A stretch of DNA of 64,000 bases from Candidatus Woesebacteria bacterium RIFCSPLOWO2_01_FULL_39_23. GTDB taxonomy: Bacteria > Patescibacteriota > Microgenomatia > UBA8517. Position numbers and translations under genes: made by a program. The notes beneath the pieces were generated by a model. It was not told the origin of the DNA and searched no databases. It was given only the letters and a program-made list of their open reading frames with translations. How positions within the stretch are numbered: position 1 is the first letter of the stretch; each line of letters begins with the position of its first letter. The DNA lies in NCBI GenBank assembly GCA_001793095.1, contig MGHG01000009.1, positions 15,450 through 79,449 on the forward strand, written 5' to 3'. Shown here in pieces: positions 39,971-49,128 of the stretch.

Positions 39971-41128
39971 ATGTCGACACGCGAGCATAATTTGGGAAAG
40001 TTAAAAGAACCCATTAAGCGACCAATGACAAGAAGAGAATTTATTCGTGCAGCGTTTGGAGTAGCAGGTGGATTGGTGGCCGCAAAGACAGGTGCAGATC
40101 TATTGATTAATTATGTTGTAAAAAAGGATGAAGTCGTAGCAACCGGTGAAGGACAAAATAGTGATGTATCAGGAGGAGAAAACATGCCTTCTTCAACCGA
40201 TGTTTTACAAGGTAATCCGGCGAATACTCCGATCGGTCCTTCGGATAAGTTACCTTTAGGTACGCAAGTAGTAACCGATGTACCACCATCACTTACTCCG
40301 ACAACGCAGCCCTCACCTGCTCAAACTGAAGCCCCCGTTCCGACTGATTATTCACCCATACCGGAGGTTCTTAATGATAAAGTACAAGATAAAGTTATTG
40401 AGTTAAAGAAAAAGGGTGTAGATATCCACATTAAGGTGGATGACGTAGGAGATGCTCATATGTCGATAAATATGGGTAAAAATAATAGGTTAGAATGGGG
40501 TTTGATTAAAGTAGATACTACACCTGAGAAAGAAAACAATGTATTTATAACAACTGCGAAGAATGAACCTGTCTCATTCAATTTTGAAAGTTTCGGTGTA
40601 GATAATGGTGATCTAGTTATTAAGGATAAAGAGGGTTTATATGGAGCGAAGGGGAAAGTACTGTTAAAGTTTCATGAAGGAAATTGGGTTGCTGATAGAC
40701 TACTATTCTTGGCTGCCGGCCCAAAGCCGAGAATTTGTGATAATGGTTTACCAACCGGCGGAGCCGATAATCTGTTAACGGGTGTATTGATTTCCTCAAC
40801 AGCGGTAGGTTTTTATGATAAGGGCGGATATCTACACAATGTTAATCATTTGGGAATTGAGGATAAATTTGGAGTTGTCGGTCTATGTAAGAAAGAAGCA
40901 TCTGGTGGCGGAAAATGTAGAATTGTAAAACCAGAAGTAGCTCAAGCAGCATTGGTTGAATGGGATCGTAATAAGATTGGTCGACAAATAGGTCTGGATG
41001 TCTTTGTTAATAGAAATGAAGAAACAAAAGAGCTAGCGGATGCTATTAAAAGCGGTGAAAACTTTCCGGAGTTAAGTCCTGACTACTCCCTACCGATAAA
41101 CACATTATACGAATGGAGTCCACAATAA
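39971..41128 (+). CDS. Hypothetical secreted protein with Tat-like signal (TRREFIRAAFGVAGGLVA)
   Basis: 385 aa. An S/T-R-R-x-F-I/L motif followed by a hydrophobic stretch. Pro/Thr-rich linker, then a globular domain with conserved Cys and His. Confidence 0.4.
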   Translation: MSTREHNLGKLKEPIKRPMTRREFIRAAFGVAGGLVAAKTGADLLINYVVKKDEVVATGEGQNSDVSGGENMPSSTDVLQGNPANTPIGPSDKLPLGTQVVTDVPPSLTPTTQPSPAQTEAPVPTDYSPIPEVLNDKVQDKVIELKKKGVDIHIKVDDVGDAHMSINMGKNNRLEWGLIKVDTTPEKENNVFITTAKNEPVSFNFESFGVDNGDLVIKDKEGLYGAKGKVLLKFHEGNWVADRLLFLAAGPKPRICDNGLPTGGADNLLTGVLISSTAVGFYDKGGYLHNVNHLGIEDKFGVVGLCKKEASGGGKCRIVKPEVAQAALVEWDRNKIGRQIGLDVFVNRNEETKELADAIKSGENFPELSPDYSLPINTLYEWSPQ

Positions 41129-41140
41129 TAGTGCAATTAA

Positions 41141-42112
41141 ATGTCAACCGATAGATTACGTACTTCAGGACTTTCTACTAGAGATTTTCTTAAGATCTCG
41201 GCAGCTGCTTCATTAGCTGCAACGGGTTTATATTTATCTAATGAAAATAATAAAATAGGCTTTAATAAAATATTTGATTTTATTGTTAAACTAAGCCACG
41301 ATAGCAATGCGATTGAATTACAAAGATCAGACTATCTTAAAATTTATTATCCGCTATCGCGTGAACTTCCAATTAAACAGGATGGCGTTATCGACTCGGG
41401 TATATCGGATACAGATTGGTTTAACTATACAAATTTAAGGATTAATTCCGTAAGTTTTCAAAAGTTAATACAATTTTATGAAAAATTAGCCGTTGATGGT
41501 AAGCAATACGAATACAACTTTAATAATGGCGCGGTTGATTTAAGTCATAAATTTCGAATAGGCTTAAAAAGCGAGCGTAAACACACATGCGTTATTACCT
41601 CAGATATTAATCCTACGCCCGATTGGACAATGGGTTTGAAAACAGCAACTGTAAATATGCTACTTAAAAGTAAGGAGAATGAAGATATTATTCCTGGAAG
41701 AACTATGACGATAGTTAGCGTTCCTTCCAACATTGAAAATTATCCCAAAGTTGAAGTGAATAAAAACCTTAAATCAATAGTGAGTACGTCAATGGCGACC
41801 GAGGCATTTAATATGACCTCGTACGTTAACTCGGATTTACAAGAAAATTACACCGGAAAGACCGAAGCTGGATATCAAGGTGATTTTGCAGGAGAAATTA
41901 CAGCTAACTCTATTGGTTTAATGTTTGTTGCGAAACAATTAGGTTTAAATTATAAACAATTTGAGGATAGTATAATTGAAAAGGATGGAAATATTAGGTA
42001 TATCAAATTGGGATTTAGTTATATCATAAACGGTAAGAGAATACTGGCAACACCTTTTATGGATAAAGATATGTACAACAAAATTCCTAATATTGGCTTA
42101 CCCATATCATAG
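41141..42112 (+). CDS. Hypothetical secreted protein (signal STRDFLKISAAASLAATG, Tat-like but R-D rather than R-R)
   Basis: 323 aa, no family recognised. Confidence 0.35.
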   Translation: MSTDRLRTSGLSTRDFLKISAAASLAATGLYLSNENNKIGFNKIFDFIVKLSHDSNAIELQRSDYLKIYYPLSRELPIKQDGVIDSGISDTDWFNYTNLRINSVSFQKLIQFYEKLAVDGKQYEYNFNNGAVDLSHKFRIGLKSERKHTCVITSDINPTPDWTMGLKTATVNMLLKSKENEDIIPGRTMTIVSVPSNIENYPKVEVNKNLKSIVSTSMATEAFNMTSYVNSDLQENYTGKTEAGYQGDFAGEITANSIGLMFVAKQLGLNYKQFEDSIIEKDGNIRYIKLGFSYIINGKRILATPFMDKDMYNKIPNIGLPIS

Positions 42113-42183
42113 TTCTTCCCTACTTTAGTTGTGTTATTGAATAAATGGTGGTAAATCTGCTAAATTGGTATGAGATTCATTAA

Positions 42184-42783
42184 ATGGAAGAAGCGGCTAA
42201 TTTAATAAACACTCAAAGAAAGAATAAATTTCCGATATTTATTTATCTGATATTTTTGATATTATTTATAGCTGTAGTTGTATTAGCTTCTGTTTTGATA
42301 ATTTCCAAGCTTCCGTGTAGAGGCTACCTTGGAAAACCACAGTTTACGGGAGTAGTAGACCAAGAAAAAAACCTAGTCAGGGGTGATGATAATTTTTCAT
42401 CTATTAAGGTTAAGTCGTGCATTTTATCGCTGCAAAAAACAGATGAAAATGAGGTTGTATATAAGGTTGGTATATTTCGTGATTATTTTAGAATGGAAAA
42501 GTTCGATATTAGAATTGGAGGAAAATATCCCAAGGTTGCTGTATGTAATATTGATAAAGATGGTAAGTGCAAAGTTATAAACGCTCAAGATATAACACTA
42601 AACCTAAAACTGAAAAATATTTATAGTTTTTATTTTGTAGTTGTAGACAAAAAGTCGCAGTTAATTGAAACAAACTCTGAATATGAGAAATTTATGGATA
42701 GCTTAACAAAATTCTTGATAAACGAGTCTACTTATCAATCTAGCGGTGAAGTTGTTCAAATATCGCAAATAGATTTTGATTAA
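42184..42783 (+). CDS. Hypothetical N-terminally membrane-anchored protein
   Basis: 199 aa with a single TM helix near the N-terminus. Confidence 0.35.
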   Translation: MEEAANLINTQRKNKFPIFIYLIFLILFIAVVVLASVLIISKLPCRGYLGKPQFTGVVDQEKNLVRGDDNFSSIKVKSCILSLQKTDENEVVYKVGIFRDYFRMEKFDIRIGGKYPKVAVCNIDKDGKCKVINAQDITLNLKLKNIYSFYFVVVDKKSQLIETNSEYEKFMDSLTKFLINESTYQSSGEVVQISQIDFD

Positions 42784-45323
42784 TGATTATGAAAAGAATA
42801 TTATTTATTTTGTTTGGATTTACATCATTTATAATATTTTTTGGAGTTAGTAGAAGTATTGTAAATGCACAATGCGGGGACGGTCAATTTTGCGGTCTTG
42901 ACCAGGGTTACGATGCTACAGTAAGCCAAAATGTCAAGTATTGTTTTAGGAATGGTACAACATGGGAGTGTTCAAATACCCCGGCAAATGACTTCTGGTT
43001 ATGCGATGGTAGCTTTCCCTGCAGTGTTGCGGGAGGTGGCGGCGGTCCGGGGGGAAATTGTTCATACGTTGGTGATGTCCCATCTTGTTCACTTAATGTG
43101 ACTGCGGGTGGTTGCCCTGCTGATCCTACCGCGTGTAATGGTTGTGACATTGATCTGGTTGCTGATTCCTGCGACCCCATAAGTGTTCCAGTTTATACAG
43201 GTTGCTGTGTGGGTGCAGGGGGAGAATGTTCTTCCGAGTCTGAAGCGGGTTGTAATAGCGGTCAAAATGTGGGAGATTCGTGTGGCGGTGGTAGCATATG
43301 TATTGACTCGGGTAGCGAGGGAGGGGATGGTAAACCGATTTGTAATTGTGGTGGCGGAGGGAATGAAATTAATTGGTTACGGGCGAGAATAATGCTCGAT
43401 GCTAATGAAAATAATTTATTTGACGAGGGTGATGAATATTATGTCCAGGACAATAATATATTGAGCTGTTCGAATCTAGCGAATAATTATGTTACATTTA
43501 CAAACCTTTCTCCCTTAAAAATTTCCCCGGTTGGTTTTACTACGATAGACGTTCCAACAATTTGCCATTTAAGTGGTGAAAACGACAACAATCACCCCAA
43601 ATTTCCTTGGGCTATTGAACAACTTAATACAGATACGAGCTTTACTTTCAATTTTACCCTCCCCGCTAGTTACGAATTAGTTAATGTCGACAGGGGGAGT
43701 TGCAGTGTTTCGTCCCCTACGCAAGTAACATGTTCCGGTTGGGGCGGTGGTATTCAGGAAGTAACATTTTTAATCAGGTATAAAAGGAATACCTGTACGG
43801 TATCGGTCAGTCCTGCAACCGATAACAGTGTTCCCGGAAGTACGACAGTCACTTTAAGTGGAACGAATTATGACACTAATCCCGCTGACACCGTAAACCT
43901 AAATGTAATACGAAACGATTTTAAACAAGTTCCGAATTGGCAGACATCAATTACTCCCAACTCCCCTGCCGTTACAGAGACATTATCTAACGGTGTATAT
44001 TATTATAAAATTCCGGCTGCGGGATGTACGTCGTCTAATGGAACAGCATGCAGCAAAACAACTACCGTTAATCTTCCGGCGGCTGATTATACTTTTTTCT
44101 GTGATGTCCCCTACGCTCCATTTCAATGTTCTGGAAATCCCAATTGTACATATGAAGGAGGTACAATGGACTGCTCTGGTGGTGGTTGGGTTTCCTGTTC
44201 AGAGAGCGATCACACGCCATTTAGTGTCTATTTACAATGTCCATCCAATAGAACCAGTGTCTGTGACGGTACAGGAACTTCAGTTACTACGAGTTGGACC
44301 AATTTTTCGACGAATGATGCTGACAGCTATTACCATGAATTGGACGATAATCCAAATTCTTCACCGTATGTCGTAACAAATTCCGCGACGTCACCTTTAA
44401 CTCAATCTGTGATTGCCGGTACGCCATACAGATGGGAAATTCGAGGAAATCGGACTAATGACGATACTGAACCTCTTCCTGTCGGACCAACGGGCGGATG
44501 TTGGATCAGCTTTACGTGTAATCCGCCAGCCGCTCTTCCCTGGTGGCGGGTAACGGGATCAGGTATAACTGCTAACGGATTTATTCAATCAACCATACCT
44601 GCTGCCGGAATGTATTTAATTAACGATCCACCCGGTGTATTACAATACAATAATGACAATCCGCCAAGTCTGGGTTTGGGAAGTATTTCGAGTACGGGTT
44701 GGAACGTGAATTTAGCATCAGCCCATACCTATACGTATGATTTCTTCAGAAATAAGCTTCCCTCTTCAGTTACACCCACTCAACTAACAAACTGCACAAT
44801 CGCAGCAGCTAACCTAACTATCGGTGGTATGGAGTGGCCTGCCGGTTCAAACTACTTTTGGTATGAAACAACCTGTGCCAATAGTAGTATAACCATAGGG
44901 AGCTTAACCGATATCTCGATTAATTTGTTAGATAGAAAAGTAATATTATTTGCAAAGGACAAAGTGGTCAATATCACTAAACCAATCTTCTTAAATAATG
45001 GCAAAGGGTTTTTCGGCCTGTTTACAAGCAACGATATCTCCGTCGCTTCCTCAGTCGGCGGCTTAGCTGATACGTCACCGGATCTTGAGGGCATATTTTT
45101 TACTGAGGGTGATTTCAAATCGGGGGTTGGCAACTATGGCGAGGAACAGCTGCATGTGCGAGGCTCAGTTGCCGCAAATACTTTTACACTGGCGGGTCAG
45201 AGGAATTTACCTGATGATTCGGCAGATCCGGCTGAGCACTTTGAATTTGCACCCGATCTCATCTTTAATTTTCCTAAAGTACTCTCTCCAAGACTGATTA
45301 ACTGGAAAGAAGTTGCTCCCTAG
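42783..45323 (+). CDS. Large secreted Cys/Gly-rich protein (candidate pilus-associated adhesin, PilY1-position analog)
   Basis: 846 aa. Signal peptide. The N-terminal 200 residues contain more than 30 Cys, with G-runs. The C-terminal domains are Thr/Ser/Asn-rich. Sits between the minor pilins and pilX. Confidence 0.45.
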   Translation: MIMKRILFILFGFTSFIIFFGVSRSIVNAQCGDGQFCGLDQGYDATVSQNVKYCFRNGTTWECSNTPANDFWLCDGSFPCSVAGGGGGPGGNCSYVGDVPSCSLNVTAGGCPADPTACNGCDIDLVADSCDPISVPVYTGCCVGAGGECSSESEAGCNSGQNVGDSCGGGSICIDSGSEGGDGKPICNCGGGGNEINWLRARIMLDANENNLFDEGDEYYVQDNNILSCSNLANNYVTFTNLSPLKISPVGFTTIDVPTICHLSGENDNNHPKFPWAIEQLNTDTSFTFNFTLPASYELVNVDRGSCSVSSPTQVTCSGWGGGIQEVTFLIRYKRNTCTVSVSPATDNSVPGSTTVTLSGTNYDTNPADTVNLNVIRNDFKQVPNWQTSITPNSPAVTETLSNGVYYYKIPAAGCTSSNGTACSKTTTVNLPAADYTFFCDVPYAPFQCSGNPNCTYEGGTMDCSGGGWVSCSESDHTPFSVYLQCPSNRTSVCDGTGTSVTTSWTNFSTNDADSYYHELDDNPNSSPYVVTNSATSPLTQSVIAGTPYRWEIRGNRTNDDTEPLPVGPTGGCWISFTCNPPAALPWWRVTGSGITANGFIQSTIPAAGMYLINDPPGVLQYNNDNPPSLGLGSISSTGWNVNLASAHTYTYDFFRNKLPSSVTPTQLTNCTIAAANLTIGGMEWPAGSNYFWYETTCANSSITIGSLTDISINLLDRKVILFAKDKVVNITKPIFLNNGKGFFGLFTSNDISVASSVGGLADTSPDLEGIFFTEGDFKSGVGNYGEEQLHVRGSVAANTFTLAGQRNLPDDSADPAEHFEFAPDLIFNFPKVLSPRLINWKEVAP

Positions 45324-45380
45324 ATGTTTATATTCCTCTTTGTTAATTGACCGGTAAGTTACTGATTGCTAAACTGAGAT

Positions 45381-46331
45381 ATGGTTAATCTGCCTGGTGA
45401 GAGGTATCGGGAGAAAGGTCAAGCACTTCTTATCGTCTTACTTGTTATGAGCGTTGCTATTACTATTGTCCTTTCCGTTGTGGCACGCTCAATCAGCGAC
45501 GTTTCGGTTACGACGCACGAAGAAGAATCTGTACGCGCATTCAGCGCCGCTGAAGCCGGAATTGAAGAGGCTCTATTATCCGGGTTATCTGTCGGTCAAA
45601 CTACGCTTTCTAATAACGCAAGTTATGAGGCTAATGTATTTGAAACAAGTCCATCGGGAAGGTTTTTTATATATCCCGGCACATTATTAACGGGTGATTC
45701 GGCGACGGTTTGGTTTGTTTCCCATGACTCGGATGGGAATTTATCCTGTTCTCCCTACTGTACGGCTCCGACAAGAATTGATGTTTGTTGGGGGAAAAAG
45801 GGTACTCTCGATAATGATCCTGAAACTCCTGCTATAGAGGTGACAATTGTTTATGATTATGATCCTATCACTTCTACCACGGGTTACGCAACCGGAGTAA
45901 ATCACAATTACCAATATTTGAGAGTCGTAAGAGCTACTTTTGACCCAAATGTTAGTCGTTCAGCGGATAATAAATTTAACTCGACAAATTTGGGTACCGA
46001 TTGTACGGGTCTTGATCAGGTCTATGAATTTCAAAAAGCTAATTTATTATTGAACAATGCCGCAGAAAGATTGTACCTTGACTGCTGGATTACTCCCGGG
46101 TGCGCAATTGCTATGAAAATAAGATTCTTTTATAACACAACTACCGCTCAACCCCTTGCAATAAACGATCTTTTGCCTGTTAGTACTAATTTTCCCCCAC
46201 AAGGCAAACTTATAGAGTCGGTAGGGACTTCCACGGATATATCGAGAAAAATAAGCGTGTTCCAAGGTTATCCCGAAGTTCCGGTTATTTTTGAGACTGC
46301 TGTTACCAGTAGTTCGGATATTCAGAAATAG
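45381..46331 (+). CDS. PilX-N-domain-like minor pilus assembly protein
   Basis: EKGQALLIVLLVMSVAITIVLSVVARS resembles the PilX_N consensus (QRGAALIVVLLLL...). Confidence 0.5.
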   Translation: MVNLPGERYREKGQALLIVLLVMSVAITIVLSVVARSISDVSVTTHEEESVRAFSAAEAGIEEALLSGLSVGQTTLSNNASYEANVFETSPSGRFFIYPGTLLTGDSATVWFVSHDSDGNLSCSPYCTAPTRIDVCWGKKGTLDNDPETPAIEVTIVYDYDPITSTTGYATGVNHNYQYLRVVRATFDPNVSRSADNKFNSTNLGTDCTGLDQVYEFQKANLLLNNAAERLYLDCWITPGCAIAMKIRFFYNTTTAQPLAINDLLPVSTNFPPQGKLIESVGTSTDISRKISVFQGYPEVPVIFETAVTSSSDIQK

Positions 46332-46335
46332 TTGT

Positions 46336-47343
46336 ATGATTGGGCTAGATATCGGGTCAAAAACAATAAAAATTGCTGAGCTTGAACGCTCCGGTCAGAC
46401 TTTTCGGCTTCGCGCCTCGGGCGTCGTTGGTTATAAAAGTACAAGCCCCGAGAAAATGAATGATGACAAAGAGCTTGTTATCATGAGCGATGTTATAAGA
46501 AAATTATGTAAAGAAGCGAGAATCGGAACTAAAGAGGTTGTAGTATCTCTTCCCGAAACTCAGGTTTTCACTCGGTTGGTCAAGTTCCCGCTATTAACTG
46601 ATTCGGAAATAGCATCGGCCGTTAAGTGGGAAGCCGAACAATATATTCCCTTTCCGGTTGATGAAGCGGTAATTGAACATCAAATTTTGGACCGTAAACC
46701 CAACTCCACTCCCCCGCAGGTTTTTGTCCTATTAATTGCAGCACCGAAATTATTGGTTGAAAAATACATTAGGCTTGCTGAAATGGCTAAGTTGGAGACG
46801 GTGGCTGTTGAAACTGAGCTTATTGCACTTGCCCGGTCAATTTGTCCCCCGGATCAAACGGTTATGGTAGCCGATTTTGGCGCACGAGCCACAAATATTG
46901 CAATTGTCCGGAATGGGAATCTTATGATGGCACGATCAATTCCTACCGCCGGGGATGCGCTGACGCGGGCTGTGTCCCAGGGCCTTGGAGTAGAAACATT
47001 TCAGGCAGAGGAATATAAAAAAGTCTATGGCTTATCTTCGAGTCAGCTTGAAGGAAAAATAAAGGGAGTTTTAAACCCGGTGCTCGCCATGGTAACGGAT
47101 GAAATGAAAAAGGCAATTCATTATTATAGTGCTGAAGGAGAAGGCGATCCTCCAAGAACTTTAGTACTTTCAGGTGGGACGTCGAGTATGCCTAATGTTA
47201 TTGCGGTGATGACTGAGCTGACGGGCATGGAGGTGGTTATCGGTAATCCTTTCGCTCGTATTCAGGTTGATCCTGAAGCAGCAAAAACACTTATGAGCTA
47301 TGCGCCGGTTTATTCGATAGCGGTAGGACTTGCTATGCGTTAA
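46336..47343 (+). CDS. pilM: Type IV pilus assembly protein PilM (actin-like ATPase fold)
   Basis: MIGLDIGSKTIKIAEL start and FtsA/PilM-like fold motifs. The ORF-track start at 46291 overlaps the previous gene; the ATG at 46336 is preferred. Confidence 0.85.
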   Translation: MIGLDIGSKTIKIAELERSGQTFRLRASGVVGYKSTSPEKMNDDKELVIMSDVIRKLCKEARIGTKEVVVSLPETQVFTRLVKFPLLTDSEIASAVKWEAEQYIPFPVDEAVIEHQILDRKPNSTPPQVFVLLIAAPKLLVEKYIRLAEMAKLETVAVETELIALARSICPPDQTVMVADFGARATNIAIVRNGNLMMARSIPTAGDALTRAVSQGLGVETFQAEEYKKVYGLSSSQLEGKIKGVLNPVLAMVTDEMKKAIHYYSAEGEGDPPRTLVLSGGTSSMPNVIAVMTELTGMEVVIGNPFARIQVDPEAAKTLMSYAPVYSIAVGLAMR

Positions 47344-47344
47344 T

Positions 47345-47875
47345 ATGGCCAGAAATATAAATTTATTACCTCTTGAGTTTGTACCGAATAAAAAACTGGT
47401 TCGTATGGGGGCTGCGCTAAAAAAGTTAGCGATAATAAGTTATATTTTCTTTTTCTTGGCTGCAGGATCAATTGCTTATGCTCTTTATCGCTACGACAAG
47501 CACATAAAAGAGTTACGCAATAATAGAAATACATTAGAAGCTGAACTTGATAACCTAAAAAAAACCGAGACTAAAATTGTTTATTTAAAAGATAGGGCGG
47601 ACAAAGCTCAAAAGGTAATTGATGCAAATACCACGCGAAGTTCTATTGTCACGTTTTCTGAATTTGATAACCACATACCGCCTGGCATATTAATATCAGA
47701 TATGGCATTTAGAGGAAGTAGGGCTACTTTTAAGGTAGCGGCAGAGAATTCTGGCAGTTTGAGCCAGATGGTGCAATACGTTATTGGTACGACCGTTTTT
47801 AAAGCAATAATATTAGGCGATATAAAATTAGGGGAAAACGGTAAGTATACGACTACTATTACGGTTGAAATTTAA
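47345..47875 (+). CDS. pilN: PilN-like pilus assembly protein
   Basis: MARNINLLPLEF (the INLLP motif), a single TM helix and a coiled coil. Confidence 0.6.
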   Translation: MARNINLLPLEFVPNKKLVRMGAALKKLAIISYIFFFLAAGSIAYALYRYDKHIKELRNNRNTLEAELDNLKKTETKIVYLKDRADKAQKVIDANTTRSSIVTFSEFDNHIPPGILISDMAFRGSRATFKVAAENSGSLSQMVQYVIGTTVFKAIILGDIKLGENGKYTTTITVEI

Positions 47876-47877
47876 AT

Positions 47878-48582
47878 ATGGTTAATTTAGGGTTTGGTGA
47901 AAACGTAAAACTTAGAAGCTATAAAATAGTTTTAATTCCATTTTTTGCTTTAATTGTATTAATAATATTATTTATTTATGCCGCTACAACTGGTTATGGA
48001 AAGTTGAGAAGTCAAAAACAGATTATTGATGAATTGGAAAGAGATGACACAACGTTGGAAGCAAAAATAAATAATCTCAAAAACCTAGAAGCTCAAACTT
48101 ATCCTGACTCCACTGAGATGTTAATACGGTTTCCGAACGACAACCCCTCACTTTGGATGTTGGGACAGCTCATAAGAAAAGGTGAAGAAAGTGCCGTTAC
48201 ATTATTTGAACAAACTTTACTTTTCGATGAGGCCAGTCTGGAAAATATTACCGTTTCAACTATCAATTTCCAGGTTACCGGAAATAAAGAGAAAATTTTT
48301 GATTATTTGTTAAGTATCGACAACATATCCCCTATTTCGACTTTTGATTCTGTTGATTTCTCTGAAAGTGAGACTGCCCAGCAGGGTGCTCTTGTTAGTT
48401 TAAAGGTTTATTTTTCTCCTCTTCCAGAGGTACTTACTAATTTAAACGAAGTCGTTAATGAATTGACGCCTCTCGAGGTAACTACGCTAAATAAGCTTTC
48501 TGAGATGGAATTACCGGAATTTTCGACTCTCATGCCGAGCGCTAATTATGAACTGAAGGACCCCTTTAACTCTTTTCAGTAA
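47878..48582 (+). CDS. PilO-like pilus assembly protein
   Basis: Single TM helix, then a coiled-coil (LEAKINNLKNLEAQ) and a periplasmic-type domain. Follows pilMN. Confidence 0.4.
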   Translation: MVNLGFGENVKLRSYKIVLIPFFALIVLIILFIYAATTGYGKLRSQKQIIDELERDDTTLEAKINNLKNLEAQTYPDSTEMLIRFPNDNPSLWMLGQLIRKGEESAVTLFEQTLLFDEASLENITVSTINFQVTGNKEKIFDYLLSIDNISPISTFDSVDFSESETAQQGALVSLKVYFSPLPEVLTNLNEVVNELTPLEVTTLNKLSEMELPEFSTLMPSANYELKDPFNSFQ

Positions 48583-48802
48583 CTGACAGTGTAAATGCGG
48601 AATGCTCGAGCGTAGCTTTTACTCTTAATAATGCCCTAATTGCCTTTATGACCTTGCCTTCTTTTCCGATGACTATGCCCATGTTTTTCGGATCAATTAT
48701 TGCTGTGAGCTCGCTAAAACCGTTTTCCTGAATATGTTCTTCGATCTCGAAGCTATCCTTGTCGATTAAATTTTCTAATATGAATTGTAGTAAATTTTTC
48801 AT
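48566..48802 (-). CDS. KH-domain RNA-binding protein (UPF0109/YlqC-like)
   Basis: IIDPKNMGIVIGKEGKVIKAIRALL has the GxxG KH motif. Located downstream of rpsP, as in many bacteria. Confidence 0.8.
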   Translation of the reverse strand: MKNLLQFILENLIDKDSFEIEEHIQENGFSELTAIIDPKNMGIVIGKEGKVIKAIRALLRVKATLEHSAFTLSVTEKS

Positions 48803-48805
48803 AAG

Positions 48806-49027
48806 TTAATCTCCTATGAGTTTTTTTACTGCAGGGCTCAAAATGGCTCCTTTTTTTATCCAGGCATCGATTTTTGTTTTGTCGAAAATTTTGGTATTCT
48901 TTTTAGGGTTCCACGTACCCAATAAATCAATAGCACTGCCGCGCACTTTTTTCCGTTCGTCAATGGCAACTATTCTAAAAAAAGGTTTATTTTTGGTTCC
49001 TCCTCGTGCAAGTCTGATTTTAATCAT
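48806..49027 (-). CDS. rpsP: 30S ribosomal protein S16
   Basis: MIKIRLARGGTKNKPFFRIVAIDERKKVRG. Confidence 0.9.
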   Translation of the reverse strand: MIKIRLARGGTKNKPFFRIVAIDERKKVRGSAIDLLGTWNPKKNTKIFDKTKIDAWIKKGAILSPAVKKLIGD

Positions 49028-49073
49028 AAACTTAATCAGACTTTCTTTCAGAAAGAAAGTCTGGCAAAGAAAA
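49028..49073 (-). promoter_or_regulatory. Conserved leader element (TTTTCTTTGCC + hairpin AGACTTTCTTT/AAAGAAAGTCT) before the rpsP start
   Basis: Minus strand: TTTTCTTTGCC-AGACTTTCTTT-ctg-AAAGAAAGTCT-gattaagttt-ATG. Near-identical to the efp copy, with a compensatory T/A change in the stem. Confidence 0.55.
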
Positions 49074-49099
49074 TAACATAAAAATACTGAGTCATTGGA

Positions 49100-49128
49100 A
49101 TTGTAATGGAAAAACGATTTTTTTACAA
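49100..49128 (-). promoter_or_regulatory. Sigma70-like promoter of the rpsP operon (-35 TTGTAA, 17 bp, -10 TACAAT)
   Basis: The minus strand reads TTGTAAaaaaatcgtttttccatTACAAT. The -10 context tttccatTACAATtcca is shared with the rpmF promoter. Confidence 0.55.

Noticed and set aside
42908-44376. Several 70-130-aa ORFs on both strands inside the 846-aa Cys-rich gene.
   Set aside because: They are nested within, or antisense to, a long continuous ORF that has a signal peptide. Not independent genes.
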